Positions 9,686 to 17,771 of a stretch of 64,000 nt of DNA are shown in pieces. The first letter of the stretch is position 1, and the number at the start of each line of letters is the position of its first letter. A program made the translations under genes and the position numbers. The DNA comes from an uncultured Bacteroidota bacterium. Its GTDB lineage: Bacteria > Bacteroidota > Rhodothermia > Rhodothermales > Salinibacteraceae. Under the pieces are notes generated by a model. The model was not told the origin of the DNA. It worked only from the letters and a program-made list of their open reading frames with translations, and made no database searches. The DNA lies in NCBI GenBank assembly GCA_913056185.1, contig CAJXLV010000012.1:3688-67687 (forward strand), read 5' to 3'.

Positions 9686-9760
9686 TACCGCGTACGGGAT
9701 TTGAACCCGTGCTACCGGCGTGAGAGGCCGGCGTCCTAGACCAGACTAGACGAACGCGGC
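9686..9760 (-). tRNA. trnE: tRNA-Glu, anticodon CUC; CCA not encoded
   Basis: Reverse complement folds as a cloverleaf: GCCGCGT acceptor stem, CCGGC-CT-CTC-AC-GCCGG anticodon arm, ACGGG-TTCAAAT-CCCGT T arm. Confidence 0.97.
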
Positions 9761-10031
9761 AGAAAACCATCTGCTGTGTCCGACAGGCTGTACATGCCCA
9801 CTGCCGCTCGGTTTCGCGTTCATGGAAATTCAACCCCACCGCCGAACAGGGATTTTTGCAAGTCGCTTTCAGAAACATGTGGATGCAGGCGACGTGCACC
9901 CCAGTGATCTGCAACGGTGTTTGCAACAGGTAGCATCCTCCCCACCGGCCTTCCTCACGGACGGACTCGCGCCCGCACGCCGCCTCCGCACCGATGCGAC
10001 CGTTCCTCGTTCATCCGACTGCCCCCGCTCT

Positions 10032-11072
10032 ATGCCAACCCTGACGACGCGTCGCTCTCTCCTGGCCCTGCTTCCTCTTCTGGCTGTCCTCCTTCTCGCC
10101 GGCTGCGGGAACTCGGGCGGCCAAAGCGCAGAGAATTCTGCTGCTTCGGACGTCCCCTACGAAGTTGGCACCCCCGTGTCGGACACCACCGTCGCCGTAA
10201 TCGTGTCGTCCGAGTACGGCACCGACACCCTCCTGGCCCGCAACTACCAGCGTCAGTTGAAAATGGCCACGCGCCGCAGCGCCCCGTCGCAGCGCTCGCC
10301 GGAACAGATGCAGCAGACACACCGCCAGCTTGTGCGCGGGTTTGCGCGGCAGCACGTCCTCAGCGGCGAGGCGAAGGCTCGGGACATCACCGCCGACACC
10401 GCGCAGGTCTCCGCCCGCCTCCAATCCCTAAAGCAGCGCTACGACAGCGAGGAGCAGTTCCGCGAGCAGCTGGCCCGAAGTGGCCTCACAGTCGACTCCG
10501 TGCGCGCCCTGCTGGCCGACCGCTTCCGCCAGCGTACCCTCCAGCAGCAAATGTCGGAGCAGTTCGAGCAGCCTTCCGCCGAAGATGTGGAAGCGTACAG
10601 CAAAGACAACCGCCGCATCCGCGCTCAGCACATCCTGCTGAAAGTAGGCGAGAATGCACCGGAGCCGACGGTTGACTCGGTGCGGCAGGTGGCCGCAACG
10701 CTTGTGGACAGCGCCAGGATGGACAATGTTGACTTTGCGGAGCTGGCCAAGCGCCACAGCGAGGGCCCGTCGGCGCGCAAGGGCGGCGACCTGGGCTTCT
10801 TCGGCCGTGGACAGATGGTCGATCCGTTTTCGGACGCCGCCTATGCGCTCTCCGACTCTGGCGATGTAGCACCGGACCCCGTGCGCACCCGGTTCGGCTT
10901 TCACGTGATCCGCCTGACGGATGCCGGGCAGCCCCTGGACACGGCCCGTGCCCGCCAGCAAATGACGACGGAGCGTCGCAAACAGGCGGTGGAGAAGCAG
11001 GTAAGCGACTTGCTGGGGAAGGCCACCGTGCAGGTCAACCCTGAACTCGTTGCGGCCGGCTTCCAGAACTAA
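10032..11072 (+). CDS. Parvulin-type peptidyl-prolyl isomerase lipoprotein (PrsA/SurA-like)
   Basis: Lipobox LAGC; IRAQHILLK, FAELAKRHSEGPS, GGDLGFF and FGFHVIRL motifs. Confidence 0.9.
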   Translation: MPTLTTRRSLLALLPLLAVLLLAGCGNSGGQSAENSAASDVPYEVGTPVSDTTVAVIVSSEYGTDTLLARNYQRQLKMATRRSAPSQRSPEQMQQTHRQLVRGFARQHVLSGEAKARDITADTAQVSARLQSLKQRYDSEEQFREQLARSGLTVDSVRALLADRFRQRTLQQQMSEQFEQPSAEDVEAYSKDNRRIRAQHILLKVGENAPEPTVDSVRQVAATLVDSARMDNVDFAELAKRHSEGPSARKGGDLGFFGRGQMVDPFSDAAYALSDSGDVAPDPVRTRFGFHVIRLTDAGQPLDTARARQQMTTERRKQAVEKQVSDLLGKATVQVNPELVAAGFQN

Positions 11073-11533
11073 TGCATCGACTCGTGATCTGCATCGCGCC
11101 GCACCATTTCCACATGGGGGATGCCGGCTTCCATAAAGGTGCGGCCCGTAGACACGAACCCGAGCGCGGCGTACCAGTCGTCCAGGTGGGCCTGGGCGTG
11201 TAGAAGAAAGGTGTGGAAGCCTGCCCGGCGGGCATCACGCACGATGTGGTGGACAAGCCGCGTGCCGTGTCCCTCTCCACGATGCGCCGGCAAAACGGCA
11301 ATCCGCTCCAGCTTGGCGACAACCTCTTCCTCGTACGACACGGTGCGCCACCGCGCTGTCGCAACGGGCTGCCCCTCCACGCGCCCCAGAACGTGGCGGC
11401 TCGCCTCGTCGTGCCCGTCCCACTCCTCCTCCGGCGCACAGCCCTGCTCCTCCACAAAGACGCGAGTACGAATCGCACGCGCAGCCGACCAGTCGTCCTC
11501 GCTGCGCACCGGAGCAAATAGAACATCGGCCAT
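11069..11533 (-). CDS. GNAT N-acetyltransferase (ElaA/YjcF-like)
   Basis: IRTRVFVEEQ, RIAVLPAHRGEGHG, LHAQ and FMEAGIPHVEM. Confidence 0.9.
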   Translation of the reverse strand: MADVLFAPVRSEDDWSAARAIRTRVFVEEQGCAPEEEWDGHDEASRHVLGRVEGQPVATARWRTVSYEEEVVAKLERIAVLPAHRGEGHGTRLVHHIVRDARRAGFHTFLLHAQAHLDDWYAALGFVSTGRTFMEAGIPHVEMVRRDADHESMH

Positions 11534-11688
11534 CGGAATCGGAGGAGTGGATCGGAAGGGGCGAACAAAAAAGCACACGGGGGCTCCACAAGACACGAAG
11601 ACAACCGCCAGATGCTCCGCTCGTGTCCATGGGAATGGTCACAGCGGCAGTCTCAGACCTGACTCTCACAACATTGCCCGCCTGCTCC

Positions 11689-12342
11689 ATGCCCCCTGCC
11701 GATGCCTGGTCTCTCTGGACGGATCGCTTCGCGGACTTTTTGGGGACGCAGGCCGCGGCGGCGGACGCGGCCCACGACGCGGCCCACATCGAACGAGTGG
11801 CGTCGACGGCACGACGCCTCGCCGAAACGGAATCAGCCCAGCTGGACGTCGTCATCCCGGCGGCCTGGCTGCACGACTGCGTGGTGCGCCCCAAGGATGC
11901 CCCCGATCGTGCAGAGGCCGCCCGCCTCTCAGCCTCCGCCGCCGCCTCCTTCCTGAAAAAGGCTGGATACCCCACACAATGGATCCCCGATATTGAGCAC
12001 GCCATTGCCGCACACAGCTACTCCGGAACGACGCCTCCGGACACCCTGGAGGCTCAGGTGGTGCAGGATGCAGACCGGCTCGACGCCCTCGGTGCCATCG
12101 GGCTGGCGCGGTGCTTCACTGTGGGCGGCGCACTGGACCGCCCCCTCTACAACCCCGACGACCCCTTCTGCGAAGACCGCGCTCCGGACGACGACACCTA
12201 TACCCTCGATCACGTCTACGCCAAGCTCCTGCGCCTCCCGAACACCATGCAGACCGAAACCGGCCGGAACGAGGCGGAGCGCCGCGCTTCTTTTCTGCGG
12301 ACCTATCTCGACCGACTCCGCAACGAACTTGGCCACGCCTGA
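11689..12342 (+). CDS. HD-domain phosphohydrolase (YedJ-like)
   Basis: AHDAAHIERV, AWLHDC, HSY and VQDADRLDALGAIG. Confidence 0.9.
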   Translation: MPPADAWSLWTDRFADFLGTQAAAADAAHDAAHIERVASTARRLAETESAQLDVVIPAAWLHDCVVRPKDAPDRAEAARLSASAAASFLKKAGYPTQWIPDIEHAIAAHSYSGTTPPDTLEAQVVQDADRLDALGAIGLARCFTVGGALDRPLYNPDDPFCEDRAPDDDTYTLDHVYAKLLRLPNTMQTETGRNEAERRASFLRTYLDRLRNELGHA

Positions 12343-12367
12343 CTGCCACAACTTGACTGCCAAAACC
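12340..12367. repeat. Imperfect 14-bp tandem repeat starting at the HD-gene stop codon
   Basis: TGACTGCCACAACT followed by TGACTGCCAAAACC (12/14 identical). Confidence 0.6.
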
Positions 12368-12500
12368 GAACGCGACTCCACGGCGTTTGGAACGGTTCGG
12401 GCCGCAACGTTTTTACCTCTTTGCGTCTCAATCCCCATGAGCGGCCTTCGTCTCCCGCTCCCCCACACTCACGCTGTCCCCCACAATCCGCCCCCCATCC

Positions 12501-13076
12501 ATGGAGCCGATTGAGAACCGTGTCGCGCAGGGCGAGATCGAGGTTTACAATCTCGCCGATCTCTGGGACGACCGCCCCCTCACCGAGCTTGATATCAGCA
12601 CGTTTTTGGTCGAGGGGCTCATGCTGAAAGAAAAAGAGTTCCGGAAGGCCGTGGACGCGCATGACTGGTCGCAATACGAAGACGAGCATATCGCCCTCTA
12701 TTGCTCCACCGACGCCATCGTGCCCACCTGGGGCTACATGCTGATTGCCTCTGAGCTGACAGACATCGCCGCTTCCACCACTGTCGGCCGCGCGGACGAT
12801 CTCTTGCGTGAATACTACACCCGCGCGCTGGCGAACGAGGACTGGTCGGCCTACGAAGACCTCCCGGTTGTTGTGAAAGGGTGCGGGGATGACCTCGTGC
12901 CCGAGATGGCCTACGTCCACGCCCTCCAACAGCTACAGTCCGTGGCCCGCAAGCTGATGTACGGCGAGCCGTGCTCGTCCGTCCCGCTCTGGCGTCGCCC
13001 CGAGGAGGACACGTCCCCGGCCGATGCGGAGGCCGTGGGCGTGAAGAAGCCGGACCTTCCCAGCCCCAACGCGTAG
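12501..13076 (+). CDS. DUF2480 family protein
   Basis: I.NRVAQ, LKEKEFR, CSTDAIVPTWGYML, VVVKGC and LMYGEPCSSVP. Confidence 0.85.
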   Translation: MEPIENRVAQGEIEVYNLADLWDDRPLTELDISTFLVEGLMLKEKEFRKAVDAHDWSQYEDEHIALYCSTDAIVPTWGYMLIASELTDIAASTTVGRADDLLREYYTRALANEDWSAYEDLPVVVKGCGDDLVPEMAYVHALQQLQSVARKLMYGEPCSSVPLWRRPEEDTSPADAEAVGVKKPDLPSPNA

Positions 13077-13476
13077 CCGACAAGACGCTCCAGCATCTGT
13101 TTTTTGATTTCGGATCGGCGTACAAGAGCGGCCCCCAAGGCACGAGGCAGGACAGGTTCTCAGACGTGCCCCTGCCTCTCCCCCGCCGTTACCCAGGATT
13201 GGCTCTCTCCCTTCCGTATCGTCCCGCAGCATCGCCGACCCTCTTCCGAAAGGCCCACGGGCGGCATGGGTAGCCCCCGATCGCATCACCTACCGCGGTG
13301 TCACCGTCAAGCAGCATGCGAGGCCGACCCGGTGACACGTAGGCACAGGAACAGCCGCCAGATGTCTCGTCAGGCGCGTCCGCCTTGCGGTCGTGTGGGC
13401 CGACCTGGCGCGTGAGGCCCCGCTTGTGCCCCCACCCGTCGCCCCGTCGTTTTGCCTCCCCGCCCGCCCAACTTCC

Positions 13477-14241
13477 ATGCAGCTCGATCTCTCCGACCAG
13501 ATTGTCCTTGTAACCGGCGCGAGCCGCGGTATCGGCCGCGCCACCGCACAGGCGCTCGCGGATGCCGGGGGCACGGTGGCTGTGCACTACGGGCGCAGTG
13601 AGGAGGCAGCGACGGAGGTCGCCGCGGCGTGCGGCCCGGAGGCCCGCTCCTTCCAGGCCGACCTTTCCACGGTCGAGGCCGCGGACGGACTGATCGACCG
13701 GGTGATTGACACCTACGGGCGGCTCGATGCCCTGGTGCTAAATGCCGGCGTGGCCGTGCCCACCCCGCTCGATGCCGACACCGCCGACTGGCGCGCGGCG
13801 TGGGCCAACACCATGCACGTGAACCTGCGTGCCCCTGAGTTGCTAAGCCGGCACGCCGTGCGCCACTTTCAGTCACGCTCTCCCGCCGGGGGGCGCATCG
13901 TGAGCATTGCCTCTCGGGCAGCGTTCCGCGGCGACACGCCCGACTACATGACGTACGCCGCCTCCAAAGCCGGCCTCGTCGCCCTCACGCGCTCCATCGC
14001 CCGCGCATTCGGAAAAGATGAGGTCAAGGCCTTCACGCTCGCGCCCGGCTTCACGCGCACCGACATGGCGCAGGACTTCATCGACGAGTACGGGGAGGCC
14101 CACGCGACGAGCGACCTTGCGCTCAACGAGCTCACCGAGCCCGCCGATGTGGCCTCGGTCGTCGTCTTTCTCGCCAGCGGCCACGCGGATCACGCCACCG
14201 GCACCACCATCGACGTCAACGCCGGCAGCTACGTGCACTGA
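13477..14241 (+). CDS. Short-chain dehydrogenase/reductase
   Basis: TGASRGIG, LNAG and YAASK motifs. Confidence 0.92.
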   Translation: MQLDLSDQIVLVTGASRGIGRATAQALADAGGTVAVHYGRSEEAATEVAAACGPEARSFQADLSTVEAADGLIDRVIDTYGRLDALVLNAGVAVPTPLDADTADWRAAWANTMHVNLRAPELLSRHAVRHFQSRSPAGGRIVSIASRAAFRGDTPDYMTYAASKAGLVALTRSIARAFGKDEVKAFTLAPGFTRTDMAQDFIDEYGEAHATSDLALNELTEPADVASVVVFLASGHADHATGTTIDVNAGSYVH

Positions 14242-14275
14242 GCCGCGCCGCCGCGTCACACCCCCTGACTCCCGG

Positions 14276-15064
14276 CTACGAGGACAAGTCCGGCAAAAAC
14301 GCCTCGACCGTCGCGTTAAAGGCCGCCGGTCGCTCCACGGGAAGGGCATGGCGGGCCTCCTCCACCACCGCGACCTCGGCGTTTGGCATGCGCGCAGCCA
14401 TGCGCCGCTTCGCCCTCACCGGAGTGTAATCCTCGTCCGACGACACGAGAAGCGTCGGCGTCGGAATGCGCCCCAACCGATCGGCCACGCTCCACCGCAT
14501 GATCGCGTCCATGGCCCAGAGGTACGCCTGCTTGTCGTTCTGGGCCCAACGGCGGACGAACGTGCGGCGGAGCTCGTCCTGCTCTGGCTTCACGAACAGC
14601 TTGCGGGCCAGGAGCCGGCCCACACGCCGCATGCCCAGTGCCTGCACCGCCAGCCGGCGCGAGGCGTAGACCCACACGTCGTGCCACGAGCGCAGGCGCA
14701 TGTCGGCCACACTGTTTACGACCACCAGCCGCCGCACGAGCGCCGGGGCCCCGGCAGCCAGTTCGAGCGCCACCATTCCGCCCATGGAAAGCCCCATCAC
14801 GTGGGCCGGCGCGGCCTCTTTCCGCCGCAGGAACACCGCCACGTCACGGGCGAACTGCGCAATAGAGTACGGCCCCTGCGCCCGCTCCGAACGCCCATGC
14901 CCACGCAAATCTATCCGCAGCACCCGGTAGCGGTCCGCAAAGCGCTCCACCTGTGCGGCCCAGTCGCGGCCGCTCGACCCCAGGCCATGTACCAACACAA
15001 GGGGCGGTCCGTCACCGCACTCGCTCCAGTATAGGCGCGTCTCGTCGATGCAGACGTAGGGCAT
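14276..15064 (-). CDS. Alpha/beta-fold hydrolase (enol-lactonase/esterase-like)
   Basis: VHGLGSS oxyanion motif, GLSMGG nucleophile elbow, and D (SDED) and H (RHAL) triad candidates. Confidence 0.9.
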   Translation of the reverse strand: MPYVCIDETRLYWSECGDGPPLVLVHGLGSSGRDWAAQVERFADRYRVLRIDLRGHGRSERAQGPYSIAQFARDVAVFLRRKEAAPAHVMGLSMGGMVALELAAGAPALVRRLVVVNSVADMRLRSWHDVWVYASRRLAVQALGMRRVGRLLARKLFVKPEQDELRRTFVRRWAQNDKQAYLWAMDAIMRWSVADRLGRIPTPTLLVSSDEDYTPVRAKRRMAARMPNAEVAVVEEARHALPVERPAAFNATVEAFLPDLSS

Positions 15065-15236
15065 GGGGCAAACCGGGAACGATATACTTGCAGCGCCTGC
15101 GCACTGCTACCGGCCCCCCAACCGCTCGTTCGCTCTCCCCCCGCCTGGATCAATCCAGGGCGGCGGACGTGGTATACCTTGACGGAAATGACGCAACGCG
15201 TTACGATTCAGATTCTAAAGGAGACGGAGTGGTCCT

Positions 15237-15749
15237 ATGGCCCGACGCATCAAGCGGTATGAGAACCGCAAGCTGTACGACTTGGAGCAGAGTGAGTACG
15301 TATCGTTGGACGATATCGCCGGCTTGGTACGAGCCGGTGAGACGGTGGAGGTTGTCGACAACGCTACCGGCCAAGACCTTACGGCCCAAACGCTCACGCA
15401 GGTTATTCTGGAGGAAGGGAAAAACGGACACGAGGTCCTCCCCTCGGACCGATTGCACACCCTCCTCCGCCGCAGCGAGGCCGTTCTGGACAGCGGACTG
15501 GACCAACTCCGAGCCACGGTGGAGGCGCTGATGGAGAATCCCCTGCAGCGATTGCGCCAACTCATGCAGCCTCCTCGCAAGAAAGAGATTAACCACCTCC
15601 GCCGGCAGTTGCGTCAGCTTGAACAGCGTCTCTCGGTGTTGCTGGACGAGGCGCGAACGCAGCGCTCGGAGGGGCCCGACGCGTCGTCCCCCTCACAGGC
15701 GGCGACGGAGGAGGCCCCAGCGCCCGACGAGGCCACGTCCGGCCAATAG
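15237..15749 (+). CDS. phaR: PHA synthesis regulator PhaR-like DNA-binding protein
   Basis: RIKRYENRKLYD...YVSLDDIAGLVRAGETVEVVDNATGQDLTAQTLTQVILEE, the PHB-accumulation N-terminal domain. AGGAG/GGAG lies upstream. Confidence 0.88.
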   Translation: MARRIKRYENRKLYDLEQSEYVSLDDIAGLVRAGETVEVVDNATGQDLTAQTLTQVILEEGKNGHEVLPSDRLHTLLRRSEAVLDSGLDQLRATVEALMENPLQRLRQLMQPPRKKEINHLRRQLRQLEQRLSVLLDEARTQRSEGPDASSPSQAATEEAPAPDEATSGQ

Positions 15750-15803
15750 CCGGGGGGCGTTTCCCACACTCGCATTTCTTTCACAACTCATTTCACACGC
15801 ACC

Positions 15804-16271
15804 ATGACCCCTGACAACAGCACCCCCGAACAGTCGTCTCCCGCCCCCGAGTCTGCCGCAGAAGCGGACACGCAGGCCGCGGAGCAGTCGCAAAGCGAAT
15901 TGACGGAGCGCGGCCGCGAGGTCTGGCTGGCTGGACTCGGCGCCCTCGCTACCGTGGAGGAGGAAGGCACCAAGCTCTTCAACCGCCTCGTGGACCGCGG
16001 GCAGCAGTTCGAGGAGAAGCGCCGCCACGAACTCGAAGAGGCCACCGAGAAGGTCCGCGAGCAGAGCGACGAAGCCATCTCCCAAATCGAAGAGGCCGGC
16101 GAGGAGACGCAGTCGATGCTCTCCAACTCCATTAACGCTGCTCTTGAGCGCTTCGGCGTGCCTACCCGCAACGAGGTGGACGACCTGGCAGGCAAGGTGG
16201 ACCATCTCTCGCAGCAGGTGGAGGCGCTCGCAGAAAGCCTCTCGGAGGAGACGCCGGACGAAGGCGAGTAG
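15804..16271 (+). CDS. Phasin, PhaI/PhaF-type granule-associated protein
   Basis: VWLAGLGAL...EEEGTKLFNRLVDRG and LERFGVPTRNEVDDL; no AAKP-type tail. Confidence 0.85.
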   Translation: MTPDNSTPEQSSPAPESAAEADTQAAEQSQSELTERGREVWLAGLGALATVEEEGTKLFNRLVDRGQQFEEKRRHELEEATEKVREQSDEAISQIEEAGEETQSMLSNSINAALERFGVPTRNEVDDLAGKVDHLSQQVEALAESLSEETPDEGE

Positions 16272-16299
16272 CCCCTCCCGAGTCCGTTCCCTCTACACA

Positions 16300-16328
16300 G
16301 GAGCCCCCGCCGCGGGGGCTCCTTTTTT
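16300..16328 (+). terminator. Intrinsic terminator after phaR-phasin
   Basis: GGAGCCCCCG-CCG-CGGGGGCTCC followed by TTTTTT. Confidence 0.85.
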
Positions 16329-16418
16329 GTGCGCATGCCCCATGACCGCAGCCCGGTCGGAACCGCTTCCGGCCTTCTCCGATAGAACGAGCGATTTTTG
16401 AAAAGCCCCACTCCCGTG

Positions 16419-17708
16419 ATGCCGTCCCCCCCGCCGCCTGCTCGAAGTACCGTTGGCCTCGCGTGTGCCGGGGGCGTGATCGAGGGAGCCATCTACGAGA
16501 TTGGGGCCCTCTGTGCCGTCGACGAAGCGGTCGACGGCATCGACCTGCACGCGCTGGACATCTACGTGGGGGTAAGCTCCGGGGCCCTCGTAAGCGGCAT
16601 GCTGGCCAACGGCGTCGCCGCCCAAGCGCTGAGCCGCGCCGTCGTGTCCGAATCGCCGGACCCCTCCCTCAACCTGCAGCCCGAGGTGCTCTTTCGACCG
16701 GCCTTTCGGGAGTATGCCGGGCGGCTGCGCCGGCTGCCGGGCACGGTCCTCTCTTCGCTCCGCTACTACCTTCTCAATCCCGGCGACCTGTCCCTGCTCG
16801 GCCTCCTTACCACGTTCGGCTCTGTCGTGCCCACGGGCCTGTTCACCAACGCGCCCCTCGAGCGCTTTCTCGCCACGGCCTTCTCCACGGGCGGACGCAC
16901 GAACGACTTCCGGACGCTCGCCCGCAAGCTCTACGTGGTCGCCATGAACCTCGACTCCGCCGAGGTCACTGTGTTTGGCGAACCCGGATACGATCACGTG
17001 CCCATCTCCACTGCCATCCAGGCCTCCACGGCCCTGCCGGGCCTCTACACACCGGTCGAGATCGACGGCCAGTACTACATCGACGGGGTGGCGCGCCGCA
17101 CCGTGCACGCGAGCGTGGGCCTGAATGCCGGGGCCGACCTGCTGTTCTGCATCAACCCCATCGTCCCCATCAACGTGCAGCTCCACCAACACGCCGACCG
17201 GCTGCTGGAGCAGCACGCAAACGGTGAGGCCCAGAGCCTCGCCGAGCGCGGGCTCCCGACGGTGCTGTCGCAAACCTTCCGCGCCATCGTCGACTCCCGC
17301 AAGCGCACCGGGTTCAAAAAGTACGAGCACACCCACCCGGACGCCGATCTCATCTTGATTGAGCCGGAGTGCGACGACGAGAGCCTGTTCTTCTCCAACA
17401 TCTTCAGCTTCAAAAACCGCCACGACGTGTGCGAGCACGCCTACCAGGCCACGCGCGAGCACCTGCGCGACCGGGCCGAGACGCTTCGGCCCCTGCTGCA
17501 GCGCCACGGCCTGTCGCTGCGCATGGACGTGCTGGAGGACGATCGCCGCTTGCTGTACGACGTGCCGCTCAGCGAGCGCTCCGAGGCCACCTGGTCGCCA
17601 CCGGTGACCATGGCGGAGGTGCTCGACGAAACCAACGACACCCTGGACCGCCTCGATGGCCTCCTCGACCGGCTGTACGCGCGCTCGGGCGAGCCCCCGG
17701 CGCCCTGA
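16419..17708 (+). CDS. Patatin-like phospholipase/lipase
   Basis: CAGGVIEGAIYEIG Gly-rich loop, GVSSG nucleophile, YIDGV catalytic Asp. The start could alternatively be TTG 16398. Confidence 0.88.
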   Translation: MPSPPPPARSTVGLACAGGVIEGAIYEIGALCAVDEAVDGIDLHALDIYVGVSSGALVSGMLANGVAAQALSRAVVSESPDPSLNLQPEVLFRPAFREYAGRLRRLPGTVLSSLRYYLLNPGDLSLLGLLTTFGSVVPTGLFTNAPLERFLATAFSTGGRTNDFRTLARKLYVVAMNLDSAEVTVFGEPGYDHVPISTAIQASTALPGLYTPVEIDGQYYIDGVARRTVHASVGLNAGADLLFCINPIVPINVQLHQHADRLLEQHANGEAQSLAERGLPTVLSQTFRAIVDSRKRTGFKKYEHTHPDADLILIEPECDDESLFFSNIFSFKNRHDVCEHAYQATREHLRDRAETLRPLLQRHGLSLRMDVLEDDRRLLYDVPLSERSEATWSPPVTMAEVLDETNDTLDRLDGLLDRLYARSGEPPAP

Positions 17709-17771
17709 GCTGCGCCCGGCAGCCGCGCCCGGCCCGTCCTTCCTTGTCGCCACCGCCCGTCCCCGGCGCCG

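Noticed and set aside
9620-9760. tRNA-Glu as an integration site
   Set aside because: No integrase and no direct repeat of the tRNA 3' end was seen in the window; flanking genes are housekeeping.
11069-11072. Overlapping stop codons of the PPIase and GNAT genes
   Set aside because: A common arrangement for convergent genes.
13150-13175. TPP-riboswitch-like CTGAGA..ACCTG on the - strand
   Set aside because: The intervening stems and the TAATGC..GTAGGG segment are absent.
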